From: Nitrosopumilus maritimus SCM1
Lineage (GTDB): Archaea > Thermoproteota > Nitrososphaeria > Nitrososphaerales > Nitrosopumilaceae
Reading direction: 5' to 3'
Assembly (NCBI RefSeq): GCF_000018465.1
Contig: NC_010085.1
Span: 930,001-962,000 of the forward strand
DNA length: 32,000 nucleotides
The number at the start of each line of letters is the position of its first letter. Positions within the stretch are counted from its first letter, which is position 1. Under the pieces are notes generated by a model. The model was not told the DNA's origin and did not search any database. It was given only the letters and a program-made list of their open reading frames with translations. The position numbers and the translations under genes were made by a program. This document shows positions 8,827 to 15,909 of the stretch, piece by piece.

Positions 8827-10112
8827 TGGTATTTGTAAAAACTCACGATATTTCAGAACTCACATCAGAGTTAATTGGAAAGCAAGTTGTTTTGGGAGGA
8901 TGGATTGAGGATTTAAGAAAGTTGGGAAAGATGTCATTTATCACGTTACGTGATGTGTCTGGAATTTCCCAAGTTATTGTAAAGGGCGAGTTAAATGATA
9001 ATCTTGGAGAGATTAATCGCCAAAGTGTTGTAAGTGTAAAAGGAATTGTTCAGGAAACTAAAGCAAGAGACTTTGCATTTGAAATTAAAGCTGAAGAAAT
9101 TGAAGTGTTAGGAAAAGCAATTCATCCATTACCAGTTGATCCAATTGGAAGAGTAGAAAGTAACATTGACACAAGATTGAATCATCGTGCACTAGACATG
9201 AGAAATCAAAAAACAGCATCGATTTTCAAATTAAGACATTATGTTTTGCAATCATTAAGAAAGACATTAGTTGGAAAAAAATTCATTGAAATCACCACAC
9301 CGAAAATTATTGGCAGTGCAAGTGAAGGCGGAGCAAATCTCTTTTCATTAGAATATTTTGGAAAGAAAGCATACTTGGCACAGAGTCCACAATTATACAA
9401 AGAACAGATGACAATAGGATTAGAAAGAGTGTTTGAGATTTCAAACTTTTATCGAGCAGAAAACTCTCATACCGGAAGACATCTTAGTGAATTTACTAGT
9501 ATAGATATCGAAGCAGCATTCATGGATTACAATGATGTCATGGATGTTTTAGAGTCACTGGTTATGGACGTGTACAAGTTTACATCAGAAAATTGTAAAA
9601 AAGAACAAGAGATAATCGGCCACACTATAGAGGTTCCAAAATCACCATTTGAGAGAATCACATACAATCAGTGTATTGAGGAACTAAAGAGTGCAGGAGA
9701 AAAGGTGGAATTTGGAGATGATTTGCTCGATTCACATCTTAGAATCATAGGAAACAATCATCCAGGATTCTTCTTTTTGACTGACTGGCCTATGAAACTA
9801 AAACCATTTTACATTAGAGAGAAAGATGAAGACCCAGAACTATCACGCTCATTTGACTTGCAATATGGATATCTAGAGTTGTCCTCAGGTGGAACAAGGC
9901 TTCACAATCCAGAGAGGTTAAAGAACAGATTAAGAGAGCAAGATTTGGATCCTGCACAATTTACTGACCATCTCAAGGCATTTGATTGGGGAATGCCTCC
10001 ACATTCGGGATGGGGAATGGGGTTAGACAGGTTGATGACTACATTGATTGGAATTGATAATGTCCGTGAAGTTGTCTTGTATCCAAGAGATCCTGACAGA
10101 TTAAGTCCATAG
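8826..10112 (+). CDS. aspS: aspartyl-tRNA(Asp/Asn) synthetase, archaeal type
   Basis: GWIEDLRKLGKMSFITLRD OB fold; FLKLRHYVLQSLR-type motif 1; YRAENSHTGRHLSEFTSIDIE (motif 2); GMGLDRLMTTLIGIDNVREVVLYPRD (motif 3). Confidence 0.96.
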   Translation: MVFVKTHDISELTSELIGKQVVLGGWIEDLRKLGKMSFITLRDVSGISQVIVKGELNDNLGEINRQSVVSVKGIVQETKARDFAFEIKAEEIEVLGKAIHPLPVDPIGRVESNIDTRLNHRALDMRNQKTASIFKLRHYVLQSLRKTLVGKKFIEITTPKIIGSASEGGANLFSLEYFGKKAYLAQSPQLYKEQMTIGLERVFEISNFYRAENSHTGRHLSEFTSIDIEAAFMDYNDVMDVLESLVMDVYKFTSENCKKEQEIIGHTIEVPKSPFERITYNQCIEELKSAGEKVEFGDDLLDSHLRIIGNNHPGFFFLTDWPMKLKPFYIREKDEDPELSRSFDLQYGYLELSSGGTRLHNPERLKNRLREQDLDPAQFTDHLKAFDWGMPPHSGWGMGLDRLMTTLIGIDNVREVVLYPRDPDRLSP

Positions 10113-10150
10113 TCATTCAGATTTTTATTGTAATAAAATTACATCAATTC

Positions 10151-10396
10151 ATGATAGAACAAGAAGATGCAAAAAAAGTAGTAGAAGTCATTGGAAATAA
10201 TTTGATTGGAGTTTCACATGATTCAACTAGTTTTCAAAAACTGCCAGATTCTTTTTGGGGATATTTTGCAAGAGGTCATGACAAGAAAGGAAACTTTGGA
10301 GTAATTGTGACATATTCTGAAGACGGAAAAGATGTAGATGAGTTAATCAAGATGTACGAAGAGTGGGCAGAAAAGAATAAACCAAAATCAGAATAG
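10151..10396 (+). CDS. small hypothetical protein
   Basis: 81 aa ORF, no family recognised. Confidence 0.5.
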   Translation: MIEQEDAKKVVEVIGNNLIGVSHDSTSFQKLPDSFWGYFARGHDKKGNFGVIVTYSEDGKDVDELIKMYEEWAEKNKPKSE

Positions 10397-10528
10397 TTAT
10401 TTTGTCTCTAACAATAATTTTCTGTAACCCTGACATTCTTTGCAGATAGGTTTTCCTTTGTACTTTGGATTACCGTCTTTAATTTTCAGCGTACCTTCAA
10501 CAAGTTTACAGATACAACATTTTGCCAT
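10397..10528 (-). CDS. small putative zinc-binding protein, 43 aa
   Basis: Reverse strand ATG at 10526-10528, TAA at 10397-10399: MAKCCICKLVEGTLKIKDGNPKYKGKPICKECQGYRKLLLETK; two CxxC pairs; not in the track (<60 aa). Confidence 0.65.
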   Translation of the reverse strand: MAKCCICKLVEGTLKIKDGNPKYKGKPICKECQGYRKLLLETK

Positions 10529-10600
10529 AAGGATTCATTAAAAGTGCAATTAATAAGAATTGGGAATCTGAAAAAGAGATAAATCCAAAGAAGGGGATCT

Positions 10601-10963
10601 ATGTTAGTGTACAAATGTGATTTCTGTGGATCAAATTTTGGAGATAGAGTCTGCTACTTTTGTGAGAAAAATTGTTGCACATCATGTATGACAGATGATA
10701 GAACACGCTGTAAGGAATGCTACATCCATAAAAGAAAACTAAGTGCAAGACAACTGATTAGAAAAAACAAACTGGTTTTTGTTTTTATTGGAATTTTATG
10801 GTTTTATGCAGTTTTTCCAGGACCATTTATGCCTGGATTAGAGGGAGGATTCTATGTAATCTCAGTTGTTGCAGCAGTCTTGATTTTAATTCCAGTGTGT
10901 TTAGCCATGTTCTTCTGGTCATTAAATCCACCAAAATCAGATGTAAAGAAAAGAAGAGATTAG
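10601..10963 (+). CDS. zinc-finger domain plus two-TM membrane protein
   Basis: CDFCGSNFGDRVCYFCEKNCCTSCMTDDRTRCKEC followed by hydrophobic helices LVFVFIGILWFYAVF and FYVISVVAAVLILIPVCLAMFF. Confidence 0.6.
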   Translation: MLVYKCDFCGSNFGDRVCYFCEKNCCTSCMTDDRTRCKECYIHKRKLSARQLIRKNKLVFVFIGILWFYAVFPGPFMPGLEGGFYVISVVAAVLILIPVCLAMFFWSLNPPKSDVKKRRD

Positions 10964-11973
10964 AGATTATCAGTTATCTGTTTTGTAAATTCTGAAGTGG
11001 TTTTATCTCCACCAATATCTTTTGTTTTAACACCAGTTTTTACCAAATTAAATATTGTAGATTCTAACTTTTGACCAACCTCAAAGCATTTTGAATCACT
11101 ATTCTTTGTTCCAAGCCAATCAAGCATCATCTTAATTGAAAGTAAGAATGATGAAGGATTTGCAATGTTTTGTCCTGCAATATCAAATGCGGCACCGTGA
11201 ACTGGCTCAAACAATGCAAAGTTATCACCAATGTTGGCAGCTGGTGCCATTCCCAATCCACCAACAACTTGAGAAGATTCATCAGATAAAATGTCACCAA
11301 ACAAGTTTGTAGTTACTACAACATCAAATTCTTGAGGTTGACGAATCAAGTTCATTGCACATGCATCAACATACATTTGCTCAAATGAAATATCAGGATA
11401 GTCTTTTGAAACTTCAGTACATGCTTTTGCAAACATTCCATCTGTAACTCTCATTACATTTGATTTGTGAACACATGTTACCTTTTTCTTGTCATTACGC
11501 ATTTTAGCTGTTTCAAATGCATATTTGGCAATTCTTTTGGAAGCTTGCTCAGAAATTATTCTCAATGCTACTGAAGAGTCACCCAAACTGAATTCTTTTC
11601 CAGTGTAGAGATCCTCAGTATTCTCACGAACAATTACCATGTCAATATCATCACGTAATGCAGGCATGTGCGGGTAAGATTTTGCAGGACGAATATTTGC
11701 ATACAAATCAAGCATTCGTCTCAATACAACAATAACATCTGCTGCAGATTCTCCAACTGGCGCCTTCATACAGGCATCAGATTGTTTTATGGCAGATACC
11801 GTATCATCAGGAAGTGCTTTACCGGTTTGCTCTAATGCCTTGTCACCAGCAGATAATTTTGTAATACCAAATTTCAAATCTAATTTGTCATGAATAGTTT
11901 CCAACACAGATACTGCAGAATCAGACAACTCTGGACCAATTCCATCACCAGTAATTAACGAGATTTTGTACAT
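10960..11973 (-). CDS. leuB: 3-isopropylmalate dehydrogenase (isocitrate/isopropylmalate dehydrogenase family)
   Basis: ITGDGIGPELSDSAV, VIVRENTEDLYTG, NLFGDILSDESSQVVGGLGMAPAANIG, FEPVHGAAFDIAG; context with leuA supports LeuB. Confidence 0.85.
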   Translation of the reverse strand: MYKISLITGDGIGPELSDSAVSVLETIHDKLDLKFGITKLSAGDKALEQTGKALPDDTVSAIKQSDACMKAPVGESAADVIVVLRRMLDLYANIRPAKSYPHMPALRDDIDMVIVRENTEDLYTGKEFSLGDSSVALRIISEQASKRIAKYAFETAKMRNDKKKVTCVHKSNVMRVTDGMFAKACTEVSKDYPDISFEQMYVDACAMNLIRQPQEFDVVVTTNLFGDILSDESSQVVGGLGMAPAANIGDNFALFEPVHGAAFDIAGQNIANPSSFLLSIKMMLDWLGTKNSDSKCFEVGQKLESTIFNLVKTGVKTKDIGGDKTTSEFTKQITDNL

Positions 11974-12006
11974 TTACATCACTATATCTAAAGGGGATTT
12001 TAGGAT

Positions 12007-13524
12007 TTAGCTTACCTGTTTTTCTTGTAGCATCTTTTTGAGCATGATTCTGTTAATTGCATCAATAACTGCCTTAACAGAAGTAGTAACAATGTCCTCT
12101 CCAACTGATTTTGCTGAAACCTTGTTACCTAATGGATCCTCCACCTTTACAGTAACTTCACATAAAGCACCAGAACCGCCAGAGATTGATGCCAATCCAT
12201 AGTCTTTGATTCTAATTTCTGAAATCTTGCCAGTAATTTTCTGAATTGCGTTTAATGCTGCATCAACTGGACCTACTCCATAGTCAGTTCCAATATGATC
12301 TTGTCCATCAACGTTGAGTTTAACAAATGCATAAGGCATTGTTCCAATTCCAGTTGAAACAGAGAATCCAGTTAACTGTACAATTCGTTTAAGATCTTTT
12401 TTACCTAAAACTTCACTTGCCATGGACAAGAGTTCAACATCAGTGATTTGTTTTCCTTGGTCACCTAACACCTTGACTTTTTCCAAGATTTGTTTTGCTT
12501 GATCTTCAGTGGGTTTTACTCCATACTCTTCTAACATTGCATTCATTCCATGAACTCCTGCATGCTTTCCTACTTTGAGCCATCTCTTTCGTCCTACTAA
12601 TTCAGGGCTGATTGGTTCGTAAGTTAAGGGATTATTCAATACACCATGAGTGTGAATGCCGGATTCATGACCAAATGCATTGGCACCAACTATAGCCTTG
12701 TTTGGTTGAACAATAATTCCTACAGTTTTAGAGATGAATCGAGATACATCATAAATTAATTCTGATTTGATATTAGTCTCATATTTTTGCTCATATGGCA
12801 AACACTTGAGTGCCATGGATAATTCCTCTAATGAGGCATTGCCTGCACGTTCACCAATTCCATTGATTGTAACATGTGCACATGCTGCACCAACATGAAT
12901 TCCAGCCAAAGCATTTGCGACAGCTAATCCAAAGTCATTGTGACAGTGAACACTTACTGGCAAGTTTGTAGCTTCGATGGTATCTTTTGTAATTTGTGCC
13001 ATATATTCTGGAGTGGAATAACCAACAGTGTCAGGAATGTTTACTCTATCAGCTCCTGCTTTTGCAACTTCGCTGAAAACTTTTTTCAAAAATTCCCTAT
13101 CAGTTCTAGAAGCATCTTCAGCTGAAAACTCTACTTGCAAACCATGAGATTTACCATACTCAACTGCCTCAATTGCTTTTTCTAATGCTTGTTCACGGGT
13201 CATCTGGAGTTTGTGTTCCAAGTGAATGTCAGATGTTGCAATAAAAGTATGCACATAGTTTAATCCTGCATCAATTGCTGCATCAATGTCTTTTTTGATA
13301 GTTCTAGTTAATCCACAAATTTCAGATGACAATCCAGCAGCAGTAATCATCTTGACTGCTTGTAATTCACCTTCTGAAATTACTGGAAAACCAGCTTCTA
13401 TAGCATCAACGCCTAATTCATCTAATTTTTTTGCAATTGCTAATTTTTGATCAGGAGATAATGAAACACCAAGTGTTTGCTCTCCATCTCTTAATGTTGT
13501 ATCAAAAATTCTAACATTTGTCAT
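12007..13524 (-). CDS. leuA: 2-isopropylmalate synthase
   Basis: FDTTLRDGEQTLGVSLSPDQKL, VHCHNDFGLAVANALAG, FGHESGIHTHGVL, C-terminal LeuA allosteric domain. Confidence 0.92.
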   Translation of the reverse strand: MTNVRIFDTTLRDGEQTLGVSLSPDQKLAIAKKLDELGVDAIEAGFPVISEGELQAVKMITAAGLSSEICGLTRTIKKDIDAAIDAGLNYVHTFIATSDIHLEHKLQMTREQALEKAIEAVEYGKSHGLQVEFSAEDASRTDREFLKKVFSEVAKAGADRVNIPDTVGYSTPEYMAQITKDTIEATNLPVSVHCHNDFGLAVANALAGIHVGAACAHVTINGIGERAGNASLEELSMALKCLPYEQKYETNIKSELIYDVSRFISKTVGIIVQPNKAIVGANAFGHESGIHTHGVLNNPLTYEPISPELVGRKRWLKVGKHAGVHGMNAMLEEYGVKPTEDQAKQILEKVKVLGDQGKQITDVELLSMASEVLGKKDLKRIVQLTGFSVSTGIGTMPYAFVKLNVDGQDHIGTDYGVGPVDAALNAIQKITGKISEIRIKDYGLASISGGSGALCEVTVKVEDPLGNKVSAKSVGEDIVTTSVKAVIDAINRIMLKKMLQEKQVS

Positions 13525-14015
13525 TCAGCACCACTCCTTTGCAAAGCTGCAACACCAGTTCTTGCAACATCAAGGATGCCAAATGGTTTTGCTAATTCTT
13601 CAAATGCTTTGATTTGATCAGGTGTTGCAGTTAATTCTACCATAATAGAGTCTTTTTTGACATCATGGACTTTACCACCATATGCATTTGCCAATTTGTT
13701 TACCTCCATACTATCATTAGCATTACTTAGTTTAATCTTAAAAATACTAAGTTCTCTGTAGACTGTTTTGTGCTCATCTAAACGCTCTACTCTCACAGTA
13801 TCAATCATTTTATCGAGTTGTTTTACAATCTGGTCTATCTGTTTTTCATCACCAAATGTGGTAATTGTCATTTTGGAATATTCAGGATTTTCAGTCACAC
13901 CTACAGAGATGCTGTCAATATTGAAATCTCTTGCACGAAATAGGTGTGTGACCTTGAATAAGATTCCAGGTTTGTTTTCAACTAATATAGAAAGAATGGC
14001 CCACATGTCAATCAC
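13521..14015 (-). CDS. ilvN: acetolactate synthase small (regulatory) subunit
   Basis: ACT domain ILVENKPGILFKVTHLFRARDFNIDSISVG; GTG at 14015 overlapping the ilvB stop, or downstream ATG. Confidence 0.93.
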   Translation of the reverse strand: MIDMWAILSILVENKPGILFKVTHLFRARDFNIDSISVGVTENPEYSKMTITTFGDEKQIDQIVKQLDKMIDTVRVERLDEHKTVYRELSIFKIKLSNANDSMEVNKLANAYGGKVHDVKKDSIMVELTATPDQIKAFEELAKPFGILDVARTGVAALQRSGAE

Positions 14016-15730
14016 TATGATGGTAATATCATATCCTTAAGCGAAGTTCCAGGAGCTACAAATGGCAATACGTCTTCTTCAGGATCAATTGGAATATCAA
14101 TTACTGTTGCAACATCACTACTCAATGCGTCTTTGATTGCCTTATCAAGTTCATCCATGGATTGTGCTCTTATTCCTTGAGCTCCATAAGATTCTGCTAA
14201 TTTAACATAATCAGGACACCATTTTCCCTGGTCCACTCCAATCATTCTTCTTTCATAAAATGTTCTTTGCCATTGAGCTACCATTCCCAATGTAAAGTTG
14301 TTCATTACAAATACAATTACAGGAATGTCTTCTAGCACTGCAGTTGCAAGAGAGTTTTCAGTCATTGCAAAACTACCATCTCCTGCAATATCTACAACAG
14401 GAACATCAGGTTTTGCCACTTTGGCACCAATTGCTGCTGGGAATCCCCAACCCATAGTACCAAGTCCAGTAGAACTAAAGAAAGTTCCAGGTTGAATTAC
14501 ATCATAAAATAAGGATGCCCACATTTGATGTTGTCCTACTTCTGTTGTGATGATAGATTCTTTTGGTAATATCTCTCTTAATTTACGTAAAATTTTTGCA
14601 GCACCCATTTCACCAGGATGTAATTTCAAATTTTCTTGCCAATAGGCTTTAGTTTCCTTAACATGTTTTACCCAAGGGGTCTCGTCAGTCTTTTTGATTG
14701 CTTTTTGCAAAAGTAACTTTACCATAATTCTAAGATTCATCTGTACATCACCAACTACTGCAAGTTGTGCTGTTTGGTTTTTACCAATTTCAGCAGGATC
14801 AACATCCATGTGGATAATCTTTAGATTTTTCTCAAACTCTTCAAAAGTTCCAACAGACCTGTCAGAAAATCTGGTACCAATTGCTAAAACACAATCAGCC
14901 TCAGTCATGATTTTGTTTGCTTCTGCATGACCATGCATTCCAATTGGCCCTAATGATAAAGGATGGTTTTCAGGAAATGCGCCTTTTCCTTTGAAGGTAG
15001 TAACTACAGGAAGCATTAATGCTTCAGCAACAGCTTGTAATTCTGCAAATGCGGATGAAATGATTGTTCCACCACCAGCTAAGATTACAGGTTTTTGAGC
15101 ATGAAGTAACATATCAATTGCTTTTTCAACTGCAACAATATCAGGATCAGCCCAAGGATGATAACCTTGAATTTTAAATTCATCAGGAAAAACCATTTCA
15201 GCTTCGTTTTGTTGCACATCTTTTGGAATGTCAATTAAAACAGGTCCAGGTCTTCCAGTTTCTGCAATGAAGAATCCTTTCTTTACAACTTCAGGGATTT
15301 CTGAAGCATGTCTTGGTTGAAATGCATATTTTACAACAGGATTTGCCATTCCAATAATATCACTTTCTTGAAATGCATCTTTTCCGATCATAGGAGTAGG
15401 AACTTGTCCAGTTACTGCAACCATTGGTGCAGAGTCAGCTTGTGCTGTTGCAATGCCAGTAAGAATATTGGTAGCGCCAGGTCCAGATGTTGCAAAACAA
15501 ACTCCAGGCTTTCGACTTACTCTTCCAAATCCATCAGCCATATGAGCTGCAGATTGTTCATGTCTTGCCAAAATATGTCTAATATCACATCTAGCAAATT
15601 CATCATACATTGGAAGATTTGCACCTCCAGGTAAACCAAATACTTCCTTGACGCCTTCTTTTTCCATTGCAGTCATCAAGGCCTTTGCACCAATCATATT
15701 TTCCATATCACTCATCAGATTTCTCTCCAT
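14015..15730 (-). CDS. ilvB: acetolactate synthase large subunit (ThDP enzyme)
   Basis: EVFGLPGGANLPMYD, HEQSAAHMADGFGRVSRKPGVCFATSGPGATN, VDIAGDGSFAMTENSLATAVLEDIPVIVFVMNN. Confidence 0.96.
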   Translation of the reverse strand: MERNLMSDMENMIGAKALMTAMEKEGVKEVFGLPGGANLPMYDEFARCDIRHILARHEQSAAHMADGFGRVSRKPGVCFATSGPGATNILTGIATAQADSAPMVAVTGQVPTPMIGKDAFQESDIIGMANPVVKYAFQPRHASEIPEVVKKGFFIAETGRPGPVLIDIPKDVQQNEAEMVFPDEFKIQGYHPWADPDIVAVEKAIDMLLHAQKPVILAGGGTIISSAFAELQAVAEALMLPVVTTFKGKGAFPENHPLSLGPIGMHGHAEANKIMTEADCVLAIGTRFSDRSVGTFEEFEKNLKIIHMDVDPAEIGKNQTAQLAVVGDVQMNLRIMVKLLLQKAIKKTDETPWVKHVKETKAYWQENLKLHPGEMGAAKILRKLREILPKESIITTEVGQHQMWASLFYDVIQPGTFFSSTGLGTMGWGFPAAIGAKVAKPDVPVVDIAGDGSFAMTENSLATAVLEDIPVIVFVMNNFTLGMVAQWQRTFYERRMIGVDQGKWCPDYVKLAESYGAQGIRAQSMDELDKAIKDALSSDVATVIDIPIDPEEDVLPFVAPGTSLKDMILPS

Positions 15731-15743
15731 AATTTTAATGTGT

Positions 15744-15769
15744 TAAAACAAAAAGATCTTTCTGTTTTA
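15744..15769 (-). promoter_or_regulatory. 26-nt palindrome / U-rich hairpin in the ilvB leader (candidate attenuator terminator or operator)
   Basis: Minus strand TAAAACAGAAAGATCTTTTTGTTTTA: 11-bp arms around GATC, with one mismatch that is G-U in RNA; overlaps the leader ORF stop. Confidence 0.55.
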
Positions 15770-15820
15770 GTACAGAACCTCCAGTAGTAGAATAGAAGAA
15801 GCAGCTACTGGATTGATCAT
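15767..15820 (-). CDS. putative branched-chain amino acid leader peptide (17 aa)
   Basis: ATG ATC AAT CCA GTA GCT GCT TCT TCT ATT CTA CTA CTG GAG GTT CTG TAC TAA on the minus strand = MINPVAASSILLLEVLY; between TATA box and ilvB. Confidence 0.55.
   Translation of the reverse strand: MINPVAASSILLLEVLY
15780..15812 (-). repeat. inverted repeat (8-bp stem) within the leader ORF
   Basis: TCCAGTAG-(17 nt)-CTACTGGA. Confidence 0.7.
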
Positions 15821-15843
15821 AATGAGAAGAAAATGAAGATTGC

Positions 15844-15851
15844 TTATAAAA
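15844..15851 (-). promoter_or_regulatory. candidate archaeal TATA box for ilvB-ilvN-leuA-leuB
   Basis: Minus strand TTTTATAA centred about 26 nt upstream of the leader ATG (15820). Confidence 0.5.
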
Positions 15852-15909
15852 TTAGCTGATTAGAGGCAGGCACGAATATCCATTATTTAGTTAACACTGA
15901 TAGTGCAGG

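Noticed and set aside
12940-15634. Plus-strand ORFs opposite leuA/ilvN/ilvB (12940-13125, 13768-14040, 14298-14495, 14694-14930, 15308-15634)
   Set aside because: Antisense to strongly conserved enzymes, with no family resemblance; chance open frames.
15852-15909. Terminator between the giant gene and the ilvB promoter
   Set aside because: No clear T-tract or stable hairpin found in this gap, so none is claimed; some read-through into ilvB is possible.
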